Origin: Candidatus Sericytochromatia bacterium
GTDB taxonomy: Bacteria > Cyanobacteriota > Sericytochromatia > S15B-MN24 > UBA4093
Assembly (NCBI GenBank): GCA_036676985.1
Contig: JAKFBU010000076.1
Span: 15,185 to 39,184 of the forward strand
DNA: 24,000 bases
Direction of reading: 5' to 3'
Shown here: positions 8,461 through 15,752 of the stretch, one piece after another
How positions within the stretch are numbered: position 1 is the stretch's first letter
How the letters are laid out: each line of letters begins with the position of its first letter
The notes under the pieces: generated by a model
What the model saw: the letters and a program-made list of their open reading frames with translations, nothing else
Database searches by the model: none
What the model was told of the DNA's origin: nothing
Position numbers and translations under genes: made by a program

Positions 8461-8943
8461 ATGCCCGTTGTCGAAGACCGTCTCAAGACCCTAGGCATCA
8501 CGTTGCCCACGCCCGCTCCGGCGGCCGGAAACTATGCGCCCGTGCTGGATGTCGAGGGCTGGATCTACATCTCCGGCCAGTTGCCGATGGTGGACGGAAA
8601 GGTCGTGAGCACCGGCAAGGTCGGCGGCGACGTTTCGGTCGAGGATGCGTATCAGGCGGCCCGCACCTGCGCCATCAACGCCCTGGCCCTGCTCTACCAG
8701 GCGATGGGCGCCCACGAAGGCGCCCTGGACGACGTCCAGATCGTCCGGGTGGGCGGCTTCGTCGCGAGCGCTCCCGGCTTCACCCAGCAGCCCAAGGTCA
8801 TCAACGGGGCCTCGGACCTCTTCTGCGAGGTCCTGGGCGATCGCGGTCGCCATGCCCGCGCGGCGGTCGGCGTGGCCGAGCTGCCCCTGGGCGCCTCGGT
8901 CGAGGTGGAGGTCGTCGCTCGACGGCTTGGCAAGTATGCCTAG
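8461..8943 (+). CDS. RidA family protein (YjgF/YER057c/UK114)
   Basis: GYIYISGQLP-like GWIYISGQLPMVDGKVVSTGKVGGDVSVEDAYQAARTCAINALALL...RVGGFVAS...RAAVGVAELPLGASVEVEVVA. Confidence 0.93.
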   Translation: MPVVEDRLKTLGITLPTPAPAAGNYAPVLDVEGWIYISGQLPMVDGKVVSTGKVGGDVSVEDAYQAARTCAINALALLYQAMGAHEGALDDVQIVRVGGFVASAPGFTQQPKVINGASDLFCEVLGDRGRHARAAVGVAELPLGASVEVEVVARRLGKYA

Positions 8944-9958
8944 CGTACTCTGTCTCGGGGAGGTCCTGTACGACTGGCACTGCCCCGAACAGGGGGCGAC
9001 CCTCGCGCGCGCCACGACCTTCGTCCGCACCCCCGGTGGGGCTCCCGCCAACGTGGCGGTCGGCCTGTCCAGGCTCGGCACTTCCACGGGGTTCCTGGGC
9101 CGCATCAGCACGGATCCCTGGGGGACCTCCCTGCTGGAGCTGCTCTCGTCCGAGCGGGTCGACGTCTCCCACGTGGTCCGGGACGATGGGGCTGGCACCC
9201 GCATGGCCTACGTGCTCCTCGACGAGCGCGGGGAGCGACACCTCGCGGCCTTCACGCACGGGGACTGCGCCGACGCGCGCCTGAATCACTCGGACGTACG
9301 GCCGGAGCAGTTCGACGACGTGTGCATCCTCTACGCGGGCTCCCTGATGCAGGTCCATCCCGAGTCGGCCATGGCCGTCGATCGGGCCATGGGGCTCGCG
9401 CAGGAGGAGGGGGCGATCGTCGTCTACGATCCCAACTACCGACCGGTGCTGTGGCCCACCCCGGAGGCCGCGCGCGAGGCCATCACCCATGCGGCCGAGC
9501 GGGCGGACATCCTCAAGGTCGGCGCCGAGGAGCTCGCCTTCCTGATGGGGGAGCCCGACCTCGAGCAGGCGGCGCGCATGGCCCAGGAGCGCTTCCTGCC
9601 GGCGCTCCTGGTCGTCACGGACGGGCCGCGGGGCTGCTTTTACGTGCGGGATGCGGACGAGGGCCATGTCCCGAGCATCGACGTCGTGGCGGTGGATCCG
9701 ACCGGAGCGGGGGACGCCTTCGTGGCCGGCCTGCTGTCGGGTCTGATCCCCGTCCTGCAGGAGGGCGACGGCCGGGAGGCGATCGCCACCATGGACGCCT
9801 CCGACCTGCGGCGCATCCTGAGCCGGGCCAACGCCCTCGGGGCGCTGGTGGCGACGCGCACCGGGGCCATGACGGCGCTGCCCACCGCCGAGGAGCTCGA
9901 GGCGTGGGTGCATGCCCAGCCGAAGGGGGCGCTCAAGGACAGCCTGGGCTGGAGCTAG
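8936..9958 (+). CDS. PfkB family carbohydrate kinase (fructokinase-like)
   Basis: MPSVLCLGEVLYDW, GGAPANVAVGLSRLG, YDPNYRPVLW, LLVVTDGPRGCFY, and VVAVDPTGAGDAFVAGLLSG (catalytic motif); start overlaps the RidA stop. Confidence 0.93.
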   Translation: MPSVLCLGEVLYDWHCPEQGATLARATTFVRTPGGAPANVAVGLSRLGTSTGFLGRISTDPWGTSLLELLSSERVDVSHVVRDDGAGTRMAYVLLDERGERHLAAFTHGDCADARLNHSDVRPEQFDDVCILYAGSLMQVHPESAMAVDRAMGLAQEEGAIVVYDPNYRPVLWPTPEAAREAITHAAERADILKVGAEELAFLMGEPDLEQAARMAQERFLPALLVVTDGPRGCFYVRDADEGHVPSIDVVAVDPTGAGDAFVAGLLSGLIPVLQEGDGREAIATMDASDLRRILSRANALGALVATRTGAMTALPTAEELEAWVHAQPKGALKDSLGWS

Positions 9959-9965
9959 AGACAGT

Positions 9966-9999
9966 AAAATCGCCCCCTCCGCGGAGGGGGCGATTTTTT
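9966..9999. terminator. Strong terminator, likely bidirectional
   Basis: AAAATCGCCCCCTCC (9966-9980) / GGAGGGGGCGATTTT (9983-9997) followed by TT. Confidence 0.93.
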
Positions 10000-10020
10000 C
10001 TTCCGGAGTCCCGACGGATC

Positions 10021-10080
10021 TACCCCCCCATTCCCCCCTGCTAGGGGGGAGGCTTTGTCAGGCCCCCCACGGGGGCCTGG
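10021..10080. repeat. G/C-run palindromic repeat related to the 7341-7477 element
   Basis: CCCCCCCATTCCCCCCTGCTAGGGGGGA resembles the CCCCCCTTCCCCCCCTGC...AAGGGGGG arms at 7341; a further hairpin AGGCCCCCC/GGGGGCCT follows at about 10060-10078. Confidence 0.5.
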
Positions 10081-10090
10081 AGGCCTCCGA

Positions 10091-10936
10091 TTAGAACATG
10101 TCGGTGGCGACGGGTAGGCGGACGAAGAAGTGGCTGCCGCGATCCGGCGTGCTGTCGACCGAGATGCTGCCGCCATGCAACTCGACCAGGCGCTTGACGA
10201 TCGAGAGCCCGAGGCCCGAACCACCCGTGCGCTTCACACGCTGGTCGCGGATCTGGTAGTAGCGGTCGAAGACCCGCTCCAGGTGCTCGGCCTCCATGCC
10301 GATGCCGTTGTCGTAGACCTCGAGCATCACGTGCTCGCCCGCGCGGCGCCCGTAGATCCCGACCTTGCCGCCCGACGGCGTGAACTTGCAGGCGTTGTCG
10401 AGCAGGTTGCAGAGCACCTGGCCCAGGCGATCGGCGTCCGCGTAGATCTCGGGCAGGGGCAGGTCCATCCGGACCTCGATGTGCTGGCCCTTGGCGTCGA
10501 ACAGGGGCTGCATGTGGCGGAGCGCCAGCTGCATGATGTCGGTAACCGAGACCATGTGGCGGTTGAGCGTGAACTCGTTGGCCTCCAGCTGGCTCCAGAC
10601 GAGGAGGTCCGAGACGATGCGGAGCATGCTCTCGCCGCCCTCGAGCATCTTGCGGACGCACTCGCGCTGACTCGGCGTCAGCGTGCCCAGCGTCTCCTCC
10701 TCGAGGATCGAGCCGAACCCGATGATGTACGACAGGGGGGTCCGGAGCTCATGGCTGACGTTCGCGATCAGGTTGACCTTGAGCTGGTCCTGCTCCTCGA
10801 GCATGCGCTTGTCTTGGGTCAGGGCCTCGTTCTTGGCGAACAAGCGCTGCATGAGCACATGGTACTGCGGGTCGTCCGGGGTGAGGCGCGTGCTAAGGGC
10901 CGGGGTGACCTCACCCATGGTGTGGATGTCTTCCAC
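10091..10936 (-). CDS. Soluble histidine kinase (HisKA + HATPase_c), no visible sensor domain
   Basis: GTG start (VEDIHTMGEV...) after GGAGG; LIANVSHELRTPLSYIIGF (H-box), LCNLLDNACKFTPSGG (N-box), YDNGIGM, GGSGLGLSIVKRLVELHGG. Confidence 0.93.
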   Translation of the reverse strand: MEDIHTMGEVTPALSTRLTPDDPQYHVLMQRLFAKNEALTQDKRMLEEQDQLKVNLIANVSHELRTPLSYIIGFGSILEEETLGTLTPSQRECVRKMLEGGESMLRIVSDLLVWSQLEANEFTLNRHMVSVTDIMQLALRHMQPLFDAKGQHIEVRMDLPLPEIYADADRLGQVLCNLLDNACKFTPSGGKVGIYGRRAGEHVMLEVYDNGIGMEAEHLERVFDRYYQIRDQRVKRTGGSGLGLSIVKRLVELHGGSISVDSTPDRGSHFFVRLPVATDMF

Positions 10937-11288
10937 GTAGGACCTCCAGGTGCGCTGGCAGAACACGCGACGAAACCAGGTAAGTGTAGCGTGCGGCCGC
11001 CGTCCGGCGGCAAGGGAACAGGTTCGTCGGGCGCTCTGATGCGGGTAAAAAAGGGCGCGGCTGGCCGCAAAGCGGTAACCGAGCAGGCCTTCTTCAGTAT
11101 AGCCATGCGAGGTTGATCTAACAAGATGTGGAGCTTTACGATTTGCAACGGAGTTTCGTTGCTGGTCGTGATCATTCTGCTCCACATGCTCCAAGGAGTT
11201 TCGGAGACACGCGGGGCGTATGTTAGCATGCAGTGGAGCTTTCACCGGTTCGGAACCCCGCCGATCCACGTCCCAAGGAGTTTTGCGC

Positions 11289-12278
11289 ATGAGCGAGCGA
11301 TCGCTTCCTCTTTCCGCCACCGATCGTCAGGCCCTCGTCACCCGTCTCACGGCCCTGGGGTGGCGGATCGAGGAGCGGGCGGACTTCTCGGGCGTGCTCG
11401 CCACCGGCCAGACCCTCCGCTGCGTCGAGACGGTGGGCGACCACCTGGCGGAGAGCCTTCGGATCGATGCGGACGGTCGCCTCTACTACCGGGCCGGCTG
11501 GTTCGACGTGCTGCCCTTCGAGGCCATGCCGGACGTGACGGTCGATGCTCCGCGGCGTCCCGTCGGTGATGCGGCGCCCGCCGCCAAGCTCGCGCCCCAT
11601 CCCGACTGGCGGGTGCTGGTGGCGCCCGCGGGCGATCCCGCAGGCCGCTACCACCTGGTGGACGTCGAGACGGTGCTCGGGGACGCCACGGATCTCGGGG
11701 AGCTCGTGGGCCAGTTGCGCGCGCTCGCTGCCGCCTACAACCCCGCGCCCGGGACCGTTCCCGCCGAGCAAGCCTCCTACTACCTGATGGCGCCCCAGCT
11801 GGTGGCCATCTTCCAGGAGAGCGTCGAGGACCAGGTGGCGGGCTGGGGGACCTACGAGGTCGTATCGGCCGATCAGGGGCCTGCCATGTGGCGTGCGACC
11901 GTCGAGCAGGCCGACAGCCGGGGCGATCGCTACCGCTACGACGTCATCCGCACCGCGGAGGGTGTCGCCGCCGAGATCCTGGGCAAGCGGGATCTGCTAG
12001 TGCACGACTGGATCTGGCGCTTCCCGATCGCCGAGCGGGACTGGACCGAGGAGGTGGACGGCAACGTCGTGAGCCTCCAGGTCTACCACGTGGACGGGCC
12101 CGTGGACGTGGTGGCGGGTCGCTTCTACGGCTGCGTGCGGCTGTCGACCATGAACGAGAACGGCTCGAGCGTCCACACCTATCACCCGACGGCCGGGCTC
12201 ATCCTGAGCGAGTTCACGGACGTCGAGGGCACGCCCGGGCGCCGGGAGCTCTTCGATCTGGTGCGCCGCATCCCCTGA
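11289..12278 (+). CDS. Hypothetical protein
   Basis: Start chosen at MSERSLPLSATDRQ (AAGGAG upstream at 11275-11280) inside the 11220..12278 ORF; no family recognised. Confidence 0.75.
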   Translation: MSERSLPLSATDRQALVTRLTALGWRIEERADFSGVLATGQTLRCVETVGDHLAESLRIDADGRLYYRAGWFDVLPFEAMPDVTVDAPRRPVGDAAPAAKLAPHPDWRVLVAPAGDPAGRYHLVDVETVLGDATDLGELVGQLRALAAAYNPAPGTVPAEQASYYLMAPQLVAIFQESVEDQVAGWGTYEVVSADQGPAMWRATVEQADSRGDRYRYDVIRTAEGVAAEILGKRDLLVHDWIWRFPIAERDWTEEVDGNVVSLQVYHVDGPVDVVAGRFYGCVRLSTMNENGSSVHTYHPTAGLILSEFTDVEGTPGRRELFDLVRRIP

Positions 12279-12308
12279 GTCGACTGCTAGGCCCCGGTCG
12301 GGGTCTCC

Positions 12309-13865
12309 CTAATCAGCGCTGGACAAGCTCGCCTCGCACTGCGCGACGGCCTGCCGCATGGCGGCGGCCGCCGCTTCTTTGGCCTTGGCGCGCGCGGGAT
12401 CTCCGGGGTCCATGGCCAGATAGGCCCGGTGCAACGGGAGCACCGCTTCCATGTAACGCCTGCCGAGCTCTCCCTGCCGGGCCGCGGAGAGGAGCGGGAC
12501 GCGCAGGGCCCGGATCTCGTCGAACGAGAGGTTGGGCGTGGCCACCCCGTTGATGAGGCGCCGGATCTGACCCTGGCCGAAGCGTGAGGCCAAGAAGAGC
12601 CAGGCGAAGTACGGGTCGAGCCCCTCGAAGCGCAGGATGTCGACGAAGCACCCCACATTCGCCCGCAGGGGCTCCGTGAGCACGGCCATCCGCCCCTTGC
12701 CGAGCGACCCCACTCCGGAGCGGGCGAAGAGCAGGTCTCCGGGCCTGGGCCGGCTGCGCGCAGGGTCGAAGATCGAGCCTGCGGCTACACGCCGGGCGTT
12801 GGTCAGGTCGATGCCCGACACGCCCAGCTCGCCCTGGTTCAGGAGCCAGACGTCACCGGGATCGGCCTCCGGTCGCCGTCCGGTGACGACGGGTCCGTAG
12901 GTGATGAACGAAAGGAACTCCCCTAAAGGGCGGGTCTCCAGGCGATCGCCCAGCGCCAGGAGGGGGGCCGCATGCTCGGGACTCCAGTAGGACGGATCCC
13001 AGCGCTCGTCCTGGAGCCGGTCTGCGGGCACGAGGACGGCCGGCTCGCACGGCCGATCCATGAGGAAGGCCGCGGCCCGCTCGACCATGCCCTCCAAGTC
13101 GGCGGCCTGCCCCGCCCGGTCCATGAAGGTCGTGCCGGAACGGCCCTCCTTATGCAAGAGGAGCAGGACGGTGCGCGCGCTCGCCTTTTCCGTGCGGAAC
13201 ACGTTCGCCGGCAGGGAGAGGACGGCCCGGAGGGCGCAGCGCTCGGCGACCCAGTTTCGGACGTGCTGGAGCCTGCGGTTGGTGAGGAGGCCCTCGGGCA
13301 GTATCAGCGCGATCCAGCCGCCCGGCGCGCACAGCTGCACGCAGCGCTCCATGAACAGGCACTCGATGGGAAAGGTGGCGAGCTCGCGGAGGCGCTTGCG
13401 CCGCCCGTCCTGGCGGTAGATGGTGTAGGTCTCGAGGGCCGCGGCCAGCGCCCGGGATCCGGGACTATCGGGGTCGCGCAGCCCGTACAGCCCCTCGGAG
13501 CCGTAGGGCGGGTTGCCGATGACGACCTCGAAGTTCCGATCGAGCTCGGGATGGGGGCACAGGGCGTCCGCCGCGAGGAGGGTGAGGCCGGGATGGGCCG
13601 TGCTCAGGCGATCCCACGTCTCCTGGAGGGCGGGATCCACATCGACGCCCCACATGGCATCGGCGGACAGTCCGCGCCGGAGGCCTTCGGTCAGGAACAC
13701 GCCCTGTCCGACGGAGGGTTCGAGGATGGGGCCCGTGACCGCGGGTTGGCGCGATCGCCCTTCCGACTGGAAGAGCGCCACGAGCTCCCAGATCGCCCCG
13801 GCCAGGGCCGGGGGCGTGAAGAATTGCCCCAGTTGCTGCTTTTCGTGCCGGGTCTTCTGGATCAT
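12309..13865 (-). CDS. N6-adenine DNA methyltransferase with C-terminal HsdS-like specificity region; no adjacent nuclease visible
   Basis: EKQQLGQFFTPPALAGAIWE, ILEPSVGQGVFLTEGL (SAM motif I), FEVVIGNPPYGSEGL (NPPY motif IV), EKASARTVLLLL; C-terminal PGDLLFARSGVGSLGKGRM...GCFVDILRFEG...LINGVATPNLSFDEIRALRVPLL resembles a type I target-recognition half. Confidence 0.88.
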   Translation of the reverse strand: MIQKTRHEKQQLGQFFTPPALAGAIWELVALFQSEGRSRQPAVTGPILEPSVGQGVFLTEGLRRGLSADAMWGVDVDPALQETWDRLSTAHPGLTLLAADALCPHPELDRNFEVVIGNPPYGSEGLYGLRDPDSPGSRALAAALETYTIYRQDGRRKRLRELATFPIECLFMERCVQLCAPGGWIALILPEGLLTNRRLQHVRNWVAERCALRAVLSLPANVFRTEKASARTVLLLLHKEGRSGTTFMDRAGQAADLEGMVERAAAFLMDRPCEPAVLVPADRLQDERWDPSYWSPEHAAPLLALGDRLETRPLGEFLSFITYGPVVTGRRPEADPGDVWLLNQGELGVSGIDLTNARRVAAGSIFDPARSRPRPGDLLFARSGVGSLGKGRMAVLTEPLRANVGCFVDILRFEGLDPYFAWLFLASRFGQGQIRRLINGVATPNLSFDEIRALRVPLLSAARQGELGRRYMEAVLPLHRAYLAMDPGDPARAKAKEAAAAAMRQAVAQCEASLSSAD

Positions 13866-13910
13866 GCGCCCTCCCCGCCCATGCTAGCGGTGGGGGAGCG
13901 ATCGCTCAAG

Positions 13911-14231
13911 CTAGGACTTGGCGGCGGGCAGGACGGCGAGCGCCTGACGCAGCGAGTAGAGGCACTGCTCGTACTCCTTGAGGGTGGCCTCGGTGCCGGG
14001 CAGGCGGCGCAACTCGACCATGACATACTCGATCGCGCCGATGGACAAGGAGATGTGGCGATCCGTCAGGCCGACGTTCTTGAGCCGCTGCTCGAGCGTG
14101 CGCTCCACCTGTTGCTCGGTGGCCGGGGCCGCTCCGCGCGACTCGCGGTTGCCGCTCCAGCTCGAGCGGCGCATGTCACCCAACTCGAAGAGCGAGCGGA
14201 TCGAGCGTTCCGTGTTGTCCTTCTGGTCCAT
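13911..14231 (-). CDS. Small hypothetical helical protein
   Basis: ATG with GGAGGA upstream; 106 aa; 45 bp upstream of the methyltransferase on the same strand. Confidence 0.65.
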   Translation of the reverse strand: MDQKDNTERSIRSLFELGDMRRSSWSGNRESRGAAPATEQQVERTLEQRLKNVGLTDRHISLSIGAIEYVMVELRRLPGTEATLKEYEQCLYSLRQALAVLPAAKS

Positions 14232-14826
14232 CCGTTCCTCCCTCCGGGGCGCAAGGGACGCCCCGCTCCGGGATCAAGGATAGCAGCGGATCTCGAACCG
14301 GGTGGTGGTACGGATCACAGCGCCCGCTCGCGCGCCCGCTACCATAGGCAGGCGGCCGCTCCCGGACGTAGAAGTCGGCGCGCCATGGCGCGGCGAGGGC
14401 CGTTAGCACCGTTTCCTCGGCGGCCTCCTCGTCGCCTAGCTCTGCGAGCAGGTTCGCCTTGAGCCAGGCCCGGGTCATGGGCGGCAGCTCGACGCTCAGG
14501 GCCTCCAGCACCGAGAGCGCCTCGCGAGGGTGGTAGCGGCCCATCAGGGCGAGGCACCCTTCCACGATCTCCCAGTCGCCGCGTCGCTCGGCGCGGAAGA
14601 CGGCCTCGTCCCACTCGATCAAGGCGGTGTCCGTCTGGTCCGACGCGCTCAAGGCGAGCGCGAGGGCGACCCGCTCGAGCAGGAGGTGGGGCCGGGCGCG
14701 CAGGCGCTGACGGCACGCGGCCTCGACGAGGGACAGCCCCCCTTCCGACTCATGGGACCCGATCTGCTCCAGGATCGCCCTCAGACTCGCCGGAAGGGTG
14801 CTGGGTGAGGTATCCACGGTGTGCAT
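14176..14826 (-). CDS. Hypothetical Ala/Leu-rich protein, possibly TPR-like; 3' end may be affected by a frameshift
   Basis: Start chosen at MHTVDTSPSTLPASL with AAGGAG upstream; helical repeats such as LLLERVALALALSASDQTDTALIEWDEAVF; tail overlaps the next gene. Confidence 0.6.
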   Translation of the reverse strand: MHTVDTSPSTLPASLRAILEQIGSHESEGGLSLVEAACRQRLRARPHLLLERVALALALSASDQTDTALIEWDEAVFRAERRGDWEIVEGCLALMGRYHPREALSVLEALSVELPPMTRAWLKANLLAELGDEEAAEETVLTALAAPWRADFYVRERPPAYGSGRASGRCDPYHHPVRDPLLSLIPERGVPCAPEGGTDGPEGQHGTLDPLALRVG

Positions 14827-14842
14827 GGCAACTCCTTGATTC

Positions 14843-14862
14843 AATAATGATATATCGTTATT
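14843..14862. promoter_or_regulatory. 20-bp near-perfect AT-rich palindrome, candidate operator
   Basis: AATAATGATATATCGTTATT, one mismatched pair, overlapping the predicted -10 of the minus-strand promoter. Confidence 0.5.
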
Positions 14863-14888
14863 TTATTAATCCTCCGTTAACCTGACAA
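14860..14888 (-). promoter_or_regulatory. Sigma70-type promoter for the 14826-to-12309 gene block
   Basis: Minus strand reads TTGTCA - 17 nt - TAAAAT. Confidence 0.6.
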
Positions 14889-15034
14889 GGGGGGGAGCGC
14901 CACGATCCGCGGGAGCGGCGGCCCAGGCCCCGATGACGTCACGGATGCGGCCAGGAAGACACCGCGCCGCGCGATGGGGTGCAAAGCGAGCCGGAAGGCG
15001 AGGATTAGCGGCGAAAGGGCGTGGAAAAATGCGA

Positions 15035-15040
15035 TATAAT
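15035..15040 (+). promoter_or_regulatory. Candidate -10 box for folE
   Basis: Perfect TATAAT 56 bp upstream of the folE GTG; no clear -35. Confidence 0.4.
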
Positions 15041-15095
15041 GTAGACGCTGTTCCCCTCTTGCGGCTGTGTAACCCTGGAAGAAAGCGAGGCCACC

Positions 15096-15683
15096 GTGGC
15101 GATCGAAACCCGAATCCCGTTGAGTCAACAGGAGCGCGCGCGTCAGGCGCTGCGGACGCTCCTGGAGGCCATTGGGGAGGATCCCGATCGCGAAGGCCTC
15201 CGCGACACGCCCGATCGCGTCCTGCGGAGCTGGGAGGAGATCTTCGGCGGCTACACGCAGGATCCCGGGGAGATCCTGGCGACCACCTTCGAGGAGGTCG
15301 AGGGCTACCAGGAGTTCGTCCTGCTCAAGGACATCCCGTTCGACTCCACCTGCGAGCACCACATGCTCCCCTTCGACGGGATCGCGCACATCGCCTACCT
15401 GCCCAACGATCGCGTCGTGGGCCTCTCCAAGCTGGCCCGCCTGGTGGATTGCTTCGCCCGGCGCCTCCAGATCCAGGAGCGCATGACGCAGCACATCGCC
15501 CAGGCCCTGATGACCCACCTCAATGCCAAGGGTGTGGCCGTGATGGTCGAGGGGGTGCACGGCTGCATGACCTGCCGGGGCGTCCGCAAGGAAGGCTCCG
15601 CGATGGTGACGGTCGCCTTCGACGGGGAGTTCCAGCAGCCCGAGCGGCGCAACGAGTTCCTGTCGCTGACGACGCGTCGGTGA
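15096..15683 (+). CDS. folE: GTP cyclohydrolase I
   Basis: DPDREGLRDTPDRVLRSWEEIFGGY, STCEHHMLPFDGIAHIAYLP, VVGLSKLARLVDCFARRLQIQERMT, GCMTCRGVRKEGS. Confidence 0.97.
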   Translation: MAIETRIPLSQQERARQALRTLLEAIGEDPDREGLRDTPDRVLRSWEEIFGGYTQDPGEILATTFEEVEGYQEFVLLKDIPFDSTCEHHMLPFDGIAHIAYLPNDRVVGLSKLARLVDCFARRLQIQERMTQHIAQALMTHLNAKGVAVMVEGVHGCMTCRGVRKEGSAMVTVAFDGEFQQPERRNEFLSLTTRR

Positions 15684-15752
15684 CGTAGCCCCCGCAGCGT
15701 GCCGGCCCGGTAACGGGTCGGCCGTTTCGTGAGGGGAGCTGGGAGGGACACC

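Noticed and set aside
9966-9999. Unusual perfect palindrome near the sugar kinase
   Set aside because: Fully explained as a strong GC stem flanked by A and T runs, i.e. an ordinary bidirectional terminator.
10937-11320. N-terminal extension of the soluble histidine kinase to 11320
   Set aside because: The translated extension is non-conserved-looking and lacks an SD at its start; GTG 10936 has a GGAGG six to eight bases upstream.
11126-11569. ORF beginning MWSFTICNGVSLLVVIILLHMLQGV, a possible small TM protein
   Set aside because: No convincing SD, and the downstream part runs out of frame through the 11289 gene. The hydrophobic patch is short; kept only as a non-coding candidate region.
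12309-14826. Complete restriction-modification or known anti-phage system
   Set aside because: No nuclease, helicase, ATPase, toxin or other effector domain is recognisable; only the methyltransferase is identifiable.
14889-15095. Riboswitch upstream of folE
   Set aside because: A TATAAT box is present, but I recognise no preQ1, THF or other aptamer consensus in the leader.
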